A stretch of 64,000 nucleotides of DNA from Eledone cirrhosa (Eukaryota), in assembly GCA_964016885.1 (NCBI GenBank), contig OZ024740.1, forward strand, positions 438,898,001 through 438,962,000. Direction: 5' to 3'. The translations under genes were made by a program, and so were the position numbers. Every line of letters begins with the position of its first letter. Position 1 is the first letter of the stretch. The notes beneath the pieces are model-generated. The model ran no database searches and had not been told where the DNA came from. It worked only from the letters and a program-made list of their open reading frames with translations. This document shows, piece by piece, positions 28,001 to 44,300 of the stretch.

Positions 28001-31000
28001 CACTTCGCAACTGTACATAAACTGTATGGTATGGTACACTTCACAACTGTACATAGACAGTATAGTATGGTACACTTCACAACTGTACATAGACAGTATG
28101 GTATGGTACACTTCACAACTGTACATAGACTGTATGGTATGGTACACTTCATAAATGTACATAGACAGTATGGTATGGTATACTTCACAAATGTACATAG
28201 ACATTATGGTATGTTACACTTCACAACTGTACATAGACAGTATCGTATGGTACACTTCACAACTGTGCATAGACTGTATGGTATGGTACACTTCACAAAT
28301 GTACATAGACAGTATGGTATGGTACACTTCACAACTGTACATAGACAGTATGGTATGGTACACTTCACAACTGTACATAGACAGTATGGTATGGTACACT
28401 TCAAAACTGTACATAGACAGTATGGTATGGTACACTTGACAACTGTACATAGACAGTATGGTATGGTACACTTCACATCTGTACACAGACAGTATGGTAT
28501 GATTCACTTCACAACTGTACACAGACAGTATCGTATGGTACACTTCACAACTGTACATAGACAGTATGGTATGGCACACTTCATAACTGTACATAGACAC
28601 TATGGTATGTTACACTTAACAACTGTACATAGACTGTACGGTATGGTATGATACACTTAGCAACTGTACATAGACAGTATGGTATGGTACACTTCACAAC
28701 TGTACAGAGACAGTATGGTATGGTACACTTCACAACTGTGCATAGACAGTATGGTATGGTACACTTCACAACTGTATATAGACAGTATGATATGGTACAC
28801 TTAACAACTGTACATAGACCGTATGGTATGGTACACTTCACAACTGTATATAGACTGTAAGGTATGGTACACTTCACAGCTGTACATAGACTGTATAGTA
28901 TGGTACACTTCACAATGTACATAGACAGTATGGTATGGTACACTTCACAACTGTACATAAACAGTATGGTATGGTACACTTCACAACTGTATATAGACAG
29001 TATGGTATGGTACACTTCACAACTGTACATAGACAGTATGGTATGGTACACTTCACAACTGTACATAGACTGTATGGTATGGGACACTTCACAACTGTAT
29101 ATAGACAGTACGGTATGGCACACTTCATAACTGTACATAGACAGTATGGTATGTTACACTTAACAACTGTACATAGACTGTACGGTATGGTATGATACAC
29201 TTAGCAACTGTACATAGACAGTATGGTATGGTACACTTCACAACTGTACATAGACAGTACGGTATGGTACACTTCGCAACTGTACATAGACAGTATGGTA
29301 TGGTACACTTCAAAAATGTGCATAGACAGTATGGTGTGATACACTTCACAACTGTACATAGACAGTATGGTATGGTACACTTCACAACTGTCTATAGACT
29401 GTAAGGTATGGAACCCTTCACAACTGTGCATAGACAGTATGGTATGGTACACTTCACAACTGTACATAGACAGTATGGTATGGTACACTTCACAACTATA
29501 CATAGACTGTATGGTATGGTACACTTCAGAACTGTCATATACAGTATGGTATGATACACTTCACGACTGTACATAGACAGTATGGAATGGTACACTTGAC
29601 AACTGTACATAGACTGTATGGTATGGTACACTTCACAACTGAACATAGACTGTACGGTATAGTACACTTCACAACTGTACATAGACAATATGGTACACTT
29701 CACAAGTGTACACAGACTGCACGGTTTGGTACACTTCACAACTGTACATAGACTGTACGGTATGGTACACTTAACAACTGTACATAGACTGTATGGTATG
29801 GTACACTTCACAACTCTACATATATTGTAATGTATGGTACACTTCACAACTGTGCATAGACTGTATAGTATGGTACACATCACAACTGTACATAGACTGT
29901 AACGTATGTTACACTTCACAACTGTACATAGACAGTATGGTATGGTACACTTCACAACTGTACATAGACAGTATGGTATCGTACACTTTTTAACTGTACA
30001 TAAACAGTATGGTATGGTACACTTCGCAAGTGTACATAGACTGTAAGGTATGGCACACTTCACAACTGTACATTGACACTATGGTATGGTACACTTCGCA
30101 ACTGTACATAGAGTGTATGGTATGGTACACTTCATAACTGTACATAGACAGTATGGTATGGTACACTTCACAACTGTACATAGACAGTATGGTATGGTAC
30201 ACTTCACAACTATACATAGACTGTATTGTATGGTACACTTCACAACTGTACATAGACTGTAAGGTATGGTAAACTTCACAACTGTACATAGACTGTAAGA
30301 TATGGTACACTTCAGAACTGTACATAGACTGTATGGTATGGTACACTTCACAACTGTACATAGACTGTAAGGTAATGTACACTTCACAACTGTACATAGA
30401 CAGTATGGTATGGTACACTTCACAACAGTACATAGACAGTAAGTTATGGTACACTTCACAACTGTACATATACAGTATCGTATGGTACACTTCACAACTG
30501 TACATAGACAGTATGGTATGGTACACTTCACAATTGTACATAGACAGTATGGTATGGTACACTTCACAACTATACATAGACTGTATGGTATGGTACACTT
30601 CAGAACTGTCATATACAGTATGGTATGATACACTTCACGACTGTACATAGACTGTATGGTATGGTACACTTCAGAACTGTACATATACAGTACAGTATGT
30701 TACACTTCTCAACTGCACATAGACAGTATGGAATGGTACACTTGACAACTGTACATAGACTGTATGGTATGGTACACTTCACAACTGTACAGGGACAGTA
30801 CGGTATGGTATGGTACACTTCACAACTGTACATAGACTGTAAGGAATGGTAACTTCACAACTGTACATAGACAGTATGGTATGGTACACTTCACAACTGT
30901 ACATAGACAGTATGGTATGGTACACTTCACAACTGTACATAGACTGTATTGTATGGTACACTTTAAAACTGTACATAGACTGTAAGGTATGGTACACTTT

Positions 31001-34000
31001 AAAACTGTACATAGACTGTAAGGTATGGTAAACTTCACAACTGTACATAGACAGTATGGTATGGTACACTTCAGAACTCTACATAGACTGTATGTTATAG
31101 TACACTTCACAACTCTACATAGACTGTAAGGTATCGTACACTTCACAACTGTACATAGAGAGTATGGTATAGTACACTTCACAACAATACATAGACAGTA
31201 AGTTATGGTACACTTCACAACTGTTGATATACAGTATCTTATGGTACACTTCACAACTGTACATAGACAGTATGGTATGGTACACTTTACAACTGTCTAT
31301 AGACTGTAAGGTATGGAACCCTTCACAACTGTGCATAGACAGTATGGTATGGTACGCTTCACAACTGTACATAGACTGTACGGTATGGTACACTTCACAA
31401 GTGTACATAGACTGTATGGTATGGTACACTTCACAACTGTACATAGAAAATATGGCATGTTACACTTCAAAACTGTACATAGTCTGTATGGTATGGTACA
31501 CTTCACAACTGTACATAGACTGTAAGGTATAGTACACTTCACAGCTGTACATAGAATGTATGGTATGGTTCACTTCACAACTGTACATAGACTGTAATGT
31601 ATGGTACACTTCACAACTGTACATAGACTGTATGGTATGGTACACTTCACAACTGAACATAGACTGTACGGTATAGTACACTTCACAACTGTACATAGAC
31701 AGTATGGTACACTTTCACAAGTGTACACAGACTGTACGGTTTGGTACTCTTCACAACTGTACATAGACTGTACGGTATGGTACACTTAACAACTGTACAT
31801 AGATTGTATGGTATGGTACACTTAACAACTGTACATAGACTGTATGGTATGGTACACTTCACAACTGTACATAGACTGTAAGGCATGGTAAACTTCACAA
31901 CTGTACATAGACTGTATGGTATTGTACACTTCACAGCTGTACATAGACTGTAAGGTATGGTACACTTCACAACTGTACATAGACTGTAAGGCTTGGTACA
32001 CTTCAGAACTGTACATAGACAGTATGATGTGGTACACTTCACAACTGTACATAGACAGTATGGTATGGTACACTTCGCAAGTGTACATAGACTGTAAGGT
32101 ATGGTACACTTCACAACTGTACATAGACACTATGGTATGGTACACTTCGCAACTGTACATAAACTGTATGGTATGGTACACTTCACAACTGTACATAGAC
32201 AGTATAGTATGGTACACTTCACAACTGTACATAGACAGTATGGTATGGTACACTTCACAACTGTACATAGACTGTATGGTATGGTACACTTCATAAATGT
32301 ACATAGACAGTATGGTATGGTATACTTCACAAATGTACATAGACATTATGGTATGTTACACTTCACAACTGTACATAGACAGTATCGTATGGTACACTTC
32401 ACAACTGTGCATAGACTGTATGGTATGGTACACTTCACAAATGTACATAGACAGTATGGTATGGTACACTTCACAACTGTACATAGACAGTATGGTATGG
32501 TACACTTCACAACTGTACATAGACAGTATGGTATGGTACACTTCAAAACTGTACATAGACAGTATGGTATGGTACACTTGACAACTGTACATAGACAGTA
32601 TGGTATGGTACACTTCACATCTGTACACAGACAGTATGGTATGATTCACTTCACAACTGTACACAGACAGTATCGTATGGTACACTTCACAACTGTACAT
32701 AGACAGTATGGTATGGCACACTTCATAACTGTACATAGACACTATGGTATGTTACACTTAACAACTGTACATAGACTGTACGGTATGGTATGATACACTT
32801 AGCAACTGTACATAGACAGTATGGTATGGTACACTTCACAACTGTACAGAGACAGTATGGTATGGTACACTTCACAACTGTGCATAGACAGTATGGTATG
32901 GTACACTTCACAACTGTATATAGACAGTATGATATGGTACACTTAACAACTGTACATAGACCGTATGGTATGGTACACTTCACAACTGTATATAGACTGT
33001 AAGGTATGGTACACTTCACAGCTGTACATAGACTGTATAGTATGGTACACTTCACAATGTACATAGACAGTATGGTATGGTACACTTCACAACTGTACAT
33101 AAACAGTATGGTATGGTACACTTCACAACTGTATATAGACAGTATGGTATGGTACACTTCACAACTGTACATAGACAGTATGGTATGGTACACTTCACAA
33201 CTGTACATAGACTGTATGGTATGGGACACTTCACAACTGTATATAGACAGTACGGTATGGCACACTTCATAACTGTACATAGACAGTATGGTATGTTACA
33301 CTTAACAACTGTACATAGACTGTACGGTATGGTATGATACACTTAGCAACTGTACATAGACAGTATGGTATGGTACACTTCACAACTGTACATAGACAGT
33401 ACGGTATGGTACACTTCGCAACTGTACATAGACAGTATGGTATGGTACACTTCAAAAATGTGAATAGACAGTATGGTGTGATACACTTCACAACTGTACA
33501 TAGACAGTATGGTATGGTACACTTCACAACTGTCTATAGACTGTAAGGTATGGAACCCTTCACAACTGTGCATAGACAGTATGGTATGGTACACTTCACA
33601 ACTGTACATAGACAGTATGGTATGGTACACTTCACAACTATACATAGACTGTATGGTATGGTACACTTCAGAACTGTCATATACAGTATGGTATGATACA
33701 CTTCACGACTGTACATAGACAGTATGGAATGGTACACTTGACAACTGTACATAGACTGTATGGTATGGTACACTTCACAACTGAACATAGACTGTACGGT
33801 ATAGTACACTTCACAACTGTACATAGACAATATGGTACACTTCACAAGTGTACACAGACTGCACGGTTTGGTACACTTCACAACTGTACATAGACTGTAC
33901 GGTATGGTACACTTAACAACTGTACATAGACTGTATGGTATGGTACACTTCACAACTCTACATATATTGTAATGTATGGTACACTTCACAACTGTGCATA

Positions 34001-37000
34001 GACTGTATAGTATGGTACACATCACAACTGTACATAGACTGTAACGTATGTTACACTTCACAACTGTACATAGACAGTATGGTATGGTACACTTCACAAC
34101 TGTACATAGACAGTATGGTATCGTACACTTTTTAACTGTACATAAACAGTATGGTATGGTACACTTCGCAAGTGTACATAGACTGTAAGGTATGGCACAC
34201 TTCACAACTGTACATTGACACTATGGTATGGTACACTTCGCAACTGTACATAGAGTGTATGGTATGGTACACTTCATAACTGTACATAGACAGTATGGTA
34301 TGGTACACTTCACAACTGTACATAGACAGTATGGTATGGTACACTTCACAACTATACATAGACTGTATTGTATGGTACACTTCACAACTGTACATAGACT
34401 GTAAGGTATGGTAAACTTCACAACTGTACATAGACTGTAAGATATGGTACACTTCAGAACTGTACATAGACTGTATGGTATGGTACACTTCACAACTGTA
34501 CATAGACTGTAAGGTAATGTACACTTCACAACTGTACATAGACAGTATGGTATGGTACACTTCACAACAGTACATAGACAGTAAGTTATGGTACACTTCA
34601 CAACTGTACATATACAGTATCGTATGGTACACTTCACAACTGTACATAGACAGTATGGTATGGTACACTTCACAATTGTACATAGACAGTATGGTATGGT
34701 ACACTTCACAACTATACATAGACTGTATGGTATGGTACACTTCAGAACTGTCATATACACTATGGTATGATACACTTCACGACTGTACATAGACTGTATG
34801 GTATGGTACACTTCAGAACTGTACATATACAGTACAGTATGTTACACTTCTCAACTGCACATAGACAGTATGGAATGGTACACTTGACAACTGTACATAG
34901 ACTGTATGGTATGGTACACTTCACAACTGTACATAGACTGTAAGGAATGGTAACTTCACAACTGTACATAGACAGTATGGTATGGTACACTTCACAACTG
35001 TACATAGACAGTATGGTATGGTACACTTCACAACTGTACATAGACTGTATTGTATGGTACACTTTAAAACTGTACATAGACTGTAAGGTATGGTACACTT
35101 TAAAACTGTACATAGACTGTAAGGTATGGTAAACTTCACAACTGTACATAGACAGTATGGTATGGTACACTTCAGAACTCTACATAGACTGTATGTTATA
35201 GTACACTTCACAACTCTACATAGACTGTAAGGTATCGTACACTTCACAACTGTACATAGAGAGTATGGTATAGTACACTTCACAACAATACATAGACAGT
35301 AAGTTATGGTACACTTCACAACTGTTGATATACAGTATCTTATGGTACACTTCACAACTGTACATAGACAGTATGGTATGGTACACTTTACAACTGTCTA
35401 TAGACTGTAAGGTATGGAACCCTTCACAACTGTGCATAGACAGTATGGTATGGTACACTTCACAACTGTACATAGACTGTACGGTATGGTACACTTCACA
35501 AGTGTACATAGACTGTATGGTATGGTACACTTCACAACTGTACATAGAAAATATGGCATGTTACACTTCAAAACTGTACATAGTCTGTATGGTATGGTAC
35601 ACTTCACAACTGTACATAGACTGTAAGGTATAGTACACTTCACAGCTGTACATAGAATGTATGGTATGGTTCACTTCACAACTGTACATAGACTGTAATG
35701 TATGGTACACTTCACAACTGTACATAGACTGTATGGTATGGTACACTTCACAACTGAACATAGACTGTACGGTATAGTACACTTCACAACTGTACATAGA
35801 CAGTATGGTACACTTTCACAAGTGTACACAGACTGTACGGTTTGGTACTCTTCACAACTGTACATAGACTGTACGGTATGGTACACTTAACAACTGTACA
35901 TAGATTGTATGGTATGGTACACTTAACAACTGTACATAGACTGTATGGTATGGTACACTTCACAACTGTACATATACTGTAATGTACGGTACACTTCACA
36001 ACTGTGCCTAGACTGTATAGTATGGTACACATCACAACTGTACATAGACTGTAACGTATGGTACACTTCATAACTGTACATAGACAGTATGGTATGGTAC
36101 AGTTCACAACTGTACATATACTGTATGGTATGCTGAACTTCACAACTGTACATAGACGTATCGTATGGTACACTTTACAACTGTACATAGACGGTATGGT
36201 ATGGTACACTTCACAACTGTACATAGACAGTGTGGTATCGTACACTTGTCAACTGTACATAGACAGTATGGTATGGTACACTCCGCAAGTGTACATAGAC
36301 CGTAAGGTATGGCACACTTCACAACTGTACATAGACACTATGGTATGGTACACTTCGCAACTGTACATAGAGTGTATGGTATGGTACACTTCATAACTGT
36401 ACATAGACAGTATGGTATGGTACACTTCACAACTATACATAGACTGTATTGTATGGTACACTTCACAACTGTACATAGACTGTAAGGTATGGTAAACTTC
36501 ACAACTGTACATAGACTGTAAGATATGGTACACTTCAGAACTGTACATAGACTGTATGGTATGGTACACTTCACAACTGTACATAGACTGTAAGGTAATG
36601 TACACTTCACAACTGTACATAGACAGTATGGTATGGTACACTTCACAACAGTACATAGACAGTAAGTTATGGTACACTTCACAACTGTACATATACAGTA
36701 TCGTATGGTACACTTCACAACTGTACATAGACAGTATGGTATGGTACACTTCACAATTGTACATAGACAGTATGGTATGGTACACTTCACAACTATACAT
36801 AGACTGTATGGTATGGTACACTTCAGAACTGTCATATACAGTATGGTATGATACACTTCACGACTGTACATAGACTGTAAGGTAATGTACACTTTACAAC
36901 TTTACATAGACGGTATGGTATGGTACACTTTACAACTGTACATAGACAGTATGGTATGGTACACTGCACAACTGTACATAGACAGTATGGTATGGTACAT

Positions 37001-40000
37001 TTCACAATTGCACATAGACAGTATGGTATGGTACACTTTACAACTGTACATAGACGGTATGGTATGGTACACTTCACAAATGTACATAGACTGTACGGTA
37101 TGGTACACTTCACAACTGTACATAGACTGTATGGTATGGTACACTTCACAACTGTACATAAACTGTAAGGTAGGGTACACTTCACAACTGTACATAGACT
37201 GTAAGGCATGGTAAACTTCACAACTGTACATAGACTGTATGGTATTGTACACTTCACAGCTGTACATAGACTGTAAGGTATGGTACACTTCACAACTGTA
37301 CATAGACTGTAAGGCTTGGTACACTTCAGAACTGTACATAGACAGTATGATGTGGTACACTTCACAACTGTACATAGACAGTATGGTATGGTACACTTCG
37401 CAAGTGTACATAGACTGTAAGGTATGGTACACTTCACAACTGTACATAGACACTATGGTATGGTACACTTCGCAACTGTACATAAACTGTATGGTATGGT
37501 ACACTTCACAACTGTACATAGACAGTATAGTATGGTACACTTCACAACTGTACATAGACAGTATGGTATGGTACACTTCACAACTGTACATAGACTGTAT
37601 GGTATGGTACACTTCATAAATGTACATAGACAGTATGGTATGGTATACTTCACAAATGTACATAGACATTATGGTATGTTACACTTCACAACTGTACATA
37701 GACAGTATCGTATGGTACACTTCACAACTGTGCATAGACTGTATGGTATGGTACACTTCACAAATGTACATAGACAGTATGGTATGGTACACTTCACAAC
37801 TGTACATAGACAGTATGGTATGGTACACTTCACAACTGTACATAGACAGTATGGTATGGTACACTTCAAAACTGTACATAGACAGTATGGTATGGTACAC
37901 TTGACAACTGTACATAGACAGTATGGTATGGTACACTTCACATCTGTACACAGACAGTATGGTATGATTCACTTCACAACTGTACACAGACAGTATCGTA
38001 TGGTACACTTCACAACTGTACATAGACAGTATGGTATGGCACACTTCATAACTGTACATAGACACTATGGTATGTTACACTTAACAACTGTACATAGACT
38101 GTACGGTATGGTATGATACACTTAGCAACTGTACATAGACAGTATGGTATGGTACACTTCACAACTGTACAGAGACAGTATGGTATGGTACACTTCACAA
38201 CTGTGCATAGACAGTATGGTATGGTACACTTCACAACTGTATATAGACAGTATGATATGGTACACTTAACAACTGTACATAGACCGTATGGTATGGTACA
38301 CTTCACAACTGTATATAGACTGTAAGGTATGGTACACTTCACAGCTGTACATAGACTGTATAGTATGGTACACTTCACAATGTACATAGACAGTATGGTA
38401 TGGTACACTTCACAACTGTACATAAACAGTATGGTATGGTACACTTCACAACTGTATATAGACAGTATGGTATGGTACACTTCACAACTGTACATAGACA
38501 GTATGGTATGGTACACTTCACAACTGTACATAGACTGTATGGTATGGGACACTTCACAACTGTATATAGACAGTACGGTATGGCACACTTCATAACTGTA
38601 CATAGACAGTATGGTATGTTACACTTAACAACTGTACATAGACTGTACGGTATGGTATGATACACTTAGCAACTGTACATAGACAGTATGGTATGGTACA
38701 CTTCACAACTGTACATAGACAGTACGGTATGGTACACTTCGCAACTGTACATAGACAGTATGGTATGGTACACTTCAAAAATGTGCATAGACAGTATGGT
38801 GTGATACACTTCACAACTGTACATAGACAGTATGGTATGGTACACTTCACAACTGTCTATAGACTGTAAGGTATGGAACCCTTCACAACTGTGCATAGAC
38901 AGTATGGTATGGTACACTTCACAACTGTACATAGACAGTATGGTATGGTACACTTCACAACTATACATAGACTGTATGGTATGGTACACTTCAGAACTGT
39001 CATATACAGTATAGTATGATACACTTCACGACTGTACATAGACAGTATGGAATGGTACACTTGACAACTGTACATAGACTGTATGGTATGGTACACTTCA
39101 CAACTGAACATAGACTGTACGGTATAGTACACTTCACAACTGTACATAGACAATATGGTACACTTCACAAGTGTACACAGACTGCACGGTTTGGTACACT
39201 TCACAACTGTACATAGACTGTACGGTATGGTACACTTAACAACTGTACATAGACTGTATGGTATGGTACACTTCACAACTCTACATATATTGTAATGTAT
39301 GGTACACTTCACAACTGTGCATAGACTGTATAGTATGGTACACATCACAACTGTACATAGACTGTAACGTATGTTACACTTCACAACTGTACATAGACAG
39401 TATGGTATGGTACACTTCACAACTGTACATAGACAGTATGGTATCGTACACTTTTTAACTGTACATAAACAGTATGGTATGGTACACTTCGCAAGTGTAC
39501 ATAGACTGTAAGGTATGGCACACTTCACAACTGTACATTGACACTATGGTATGGTACACTTCGCAACTGTACATAGAGTGTATGGTATGGTACACTTCAT
39601 AACTGTACATAGACAGTATGGTATGGTACACTTCACAACTGTACATAGACAGTATGGTATGGTACACTTCACAACTATACATAGACTGTATTGTATGGTA
39701 CACTTCACAACTGTACATAGACTGTAAGGTATGGTAAACTTCACAACTGTACATAGACTGTAAGATATGGTACACTTCAGAACTGTACATAGACTGTATG
39801 GTATGGTACACTTCACAACTGTACATAGACTGTAAGGTAATGTACACTTCACAACTGTACATAGACAGTATGGTATGGTACACTTCACAACAGTACATAG
39901 ACAGTAAGTTATGGTACACTTCACAACTGTACATATACAGTATCGTATGGTACACTTCACAACTGTACATAGACAGTATGGTATGGTACACTTCACAATT

Positions 40001-41360
40001 GTACATAGACAGTATGGTATGGTACACTTCACAACTATACATAGACTGTATGGTATGGTACACTTCAGAACTGTCATATACAGTATGGTATGATACACTT
40101 CACGACTGTACATAGACTGTATGGTATGGTACACTTCAGAACTGTACATATACAGTACAGTATGTTACACTTCTCAACTGCACATAGACAGTATGGAATG
40201 GTACACTTGACAACTGTACATAGACTGTATGGTATGGTACACTTCACAACTGTACAGGGACAGTACGGTATGGTATGGTACACTTCACAACTGTACATAG
40301 ACTGTAAGGAATGGTAACTTCACAACTGTACATAGACAGTATGGTATGGTACACTTCACAACTGTACATAGACAGTATGGTATGGTACACTTCACAACTG
40401 TACATAGACTGTATTGTATGGTACACTTTAAAACTGTACATAGACTGTAAGGTATGGTACACTTTAAAACTGTACATAGACTGTAAGGTATGGTAAACTT
40501 CACAACTGTACATAGACAGTATGGTATGGTACACTTCAGAACTCTACATAGACTGTATGTTATAGTACACTTCACAACTCTACATAGACTGTAAGGTATC
40601 GTACACTTCACAACTGTACATAGAGAGTATGGTATAGTACACTTCACAACAATACATAGACAGTAAGTTATGGTACACTTCACAACTGTTGATATACAGT
40701 ATCTTATGGTACACTTCACAACTGTACATAGACAGTATGGTATGGTACACTTCAGAAATGTGCATAGACAGTATGGTGTGATACACTTCACAACTGTACA
40801 TAGACAGTATGGTATGGTACACTTTACAACTGTCTATAGACTGTAAGGTATGGAACCCTTCACAACTGTGCATAGACAGTATGGTATGGTACACTTCACA
40901 ACTGTACATAGACTGTACGGTATGGTACACTTCACAAGTGTACATAGACTGTATGGTATGGTACACTTCACAACTGTACATAGAAAATATGGCATGTTAC
41001 ACTTCAAAACTGTACATAGTCTGTATGGTATGGTACACTTCACAACTGTACATAGACTGTAAGGTATAGTACACTTCACAGCTGTACATAGAATGTATGG
41101 TATGGTTCACTTCACAACTGTACATAGACTGTAATGTATGGTACACTTCACAACTGTACATAGACTGTATGGTATGGTACACTTCACAACTGAACATAGA
41201 CTGTACGGTATAGTACACTTCACAACTGTACATAGACAGTATGGTACACTTTCACAAGTGTACACAGACTGTACGGTTTGGTACTCTTCACAACTGTACA
41301 TAGACTGTACGGTATGGTACACTTAACAACTGTACATAGATTGTATGGTATGGTACACTT
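22058..41360. repeat. Domain 2 HOR with a 5,364-bp unit: copy A 22058-27421, B 27422 to about 31865 (truncated), C about 31865-36886, D 36887 to about 41360 (partial)
   Basis: An identical 230-aa ORF starts at 22595, 27959, 32101 and 37424 (spacings 5,364, 4,142 and 5,323). An identical 255-aa ORF is at 22073, 27437 and 36902. Confidence 0.92.
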
Positions 41361-44300
41361 CACAACTGTACAGGGACAGTACGGTATGGTATGGTACACT
41401 TCACAACTCTACATAGACTGTAAGGTATCGTACACTTCACAACTGTACATAGAGAGTATGGTATAGTACACTTTACAACAATACATAGACAGTAAGTTAT
41501 GGTACACTTCACAACTGTTGATATACAGTATCTTATGGTACACTTCACAACTGTACATAGACAGTATGGTATGGTACACTTCAGAAATGTGCATAGACAG
41601 TATGGTGTGATACACTTCACAACTGTACATAGACAGTATGGTATGGTACACTTTACAACTGTCTATAGACTGTAAGGTATGGAACCCTTCACAACTGTGC
41701 ATAGACAGTATGGTATGGTACACTTCACAACTGTACATAGACTGTACGGTATGGTACACTTCACAAGTGTACATAGACTGTATGGTATGGTACACTTCAC
41801 AACTGTACATAGAAAATATGGCATGTTACACTTCAAAACTGTACATAGTCTGTATGGTATGGTACACTTCACAACTGTACATAGACTGTAAGGTATAGTA
41901 CACTTCACAGCTGTACATAGAATGTATGGTATGGTTCACTTCACAACTGTACATAGACTGTAATGTATGGTACACTTCACAACTGTACATAGACTGTATG
42001 GTATGGTACACTTCACAACTGAACATAGACTGTACGGTATAGTACACTTCACAACTGTACATAGACAGTATGGTACACTTTCACAAGTGTACACAGACTG
42101 TACGGTTTGGTACTCTTCACAACTGTACATAGACTGTACGGTATGGTACACTTAACAACTGTACATAGATTGTATGGTATGGTACACTTAACAACTGTAC
42201 ATAGACTGTATGGTATGGTACACTTCACAACTGTACATATACTGTAATGTATGGTACACTTCACAACTGTGCCTAGACTGTATAGTATGGTACACATCAC
42301 AACTGTACATAGACTGTAACGTATGGTACACTTCATAACTGTACATAGACAGTATGGTATGGTACAGTTCACAACTGTACATATACTGTATGGTATGCTG
42401 AACTTCACAACTGTACATAGACGTATCGTATGGTACACTTTACAACTGTACATAGACGGTATGGTATGGTACACTTCACAACTGTACATAGACAGTGTGG
42501 TATCGTACACTTGTCAACTGTACATAGACAGTATGGTATGGTACACTCCGCAAGTGTACATAGACCGTAAGGTATGGCACACTTCACAACTGTACATAGA
42601 CACTATGGTATGGTACACTTCGCAACTGTACATAGAGTGTATGGTATGGTACACTTCATAACTGTACATAGACAGTATGGTATGGTACACTTCACAACTG
42701 TACATAGACAGTATGGTATGGTACACTTCACAACTATACATAGACTGTATTGTATGGTACACTTCACAACTGTACATAGACTGTAAGGTATGGTAAACTT
42801 CACAACTGTACATAGACTGTAAGATATGGTACACTTCAGAACTGTACATAGACTGTATGGTATGGTACACTTCACAACTGTACATAGACTGTAAGGTATG
42901 GTACACTTCACAACTGTACATAGACAGTATGGTATGGTACACTTCACAACAGTACATAGACAGTAAGTTATGGTACACTTCACAACTGTACATATACAGT
43001 ATCGTATGGTACACTTCACAACTGTACATAGACAGTATGGTATGGTACACTTCACAACTCTACATAGACAGTATGGTATGTTACACTTCACAACTGTACA
43101 TAGACTGTATGGTATGGTACACTTCAGAACTGTCATATACAGTATGGTATGATACACTTCACGACTGTACATAGACTGTATGGTATGGTACACTTCAGAA
43201 CTGTACATATACAGTACAGTATGGTACACTTCTCAACTGCACATAGACAGTATGGAATGGTACACTTGACAACTGTACATAGACAGTATGGTATGGTACA
43301 CTTCACAACTGTACATAGACAGTATGGTATGGTACACTTCACAACTGTACATAGACAGTATAGTATGGTACACTTGACAAATGTACATAGACTGTATTGT
43401 ATGGTACACTTTAAAACTGTACATAGACTGTAAGGTATGGTACATTTTAAAACTGTACATAGACTGTAAGGTATGGTAAACTTCAAAACTGTACATAGAC
43501 AGTATGGTATGGTACACTTCAGAACTCTACATAGACTGTATGTTATGGTACACTTCACAACTCTACATAGACAGTATGGTATGGTACACTTCAGAAATGT
43601 GCATAGACAGTATGGTGTGATACACTTCACAACTGTACATAGACAGTATGGTATGGTACACTTTACAACTGTCTATAGACTGTAAGGTATGGAACCCTTC
43701 ACAACTGTGCATAGACAGTATGGTATGGTACACTTCACAACTGTACATAGACTGTACGGTATGGTACATTTCACAAGTGTACATAAACTGTATGGTATGG
43801 TACACTTCACAACTGTACATAGAAAATATGGCATGTTACACTTCAGAACTGTACATAGACTGTAAGGTATAGTACACTTCCCAGCTGTACATAGAATGTA
43901 TGGTATGGTTCACTTCACAACTGTACATAGACTGTAATGTATGGTACACTTCACAACTGTACATAGACTGTATGGTATGGTACACTTCACAACTGAACAT
44001 AGAGTGTACGGTATAGTACACTTCACAACTGTACATAGACAGTATGGTACACTTTCACAAGTGTACACAGACTGTACGGTTTGGTACACTTCACAACTGT
44101 ACATAGACTGTACGGTATGGTACACTTAACAACTGTACATAGATTGTATGGTATGGTACACTTAACAACTGTACATAGACTGTATGGTATGGTACACTTC
44201 ACAACTGTACATATACTGTAATGTATGGTACACTTCACAACTGTGCCTAGACTGTATAGTATGGTACACATCACAACTGTACATAGACTGTAACGTATGG

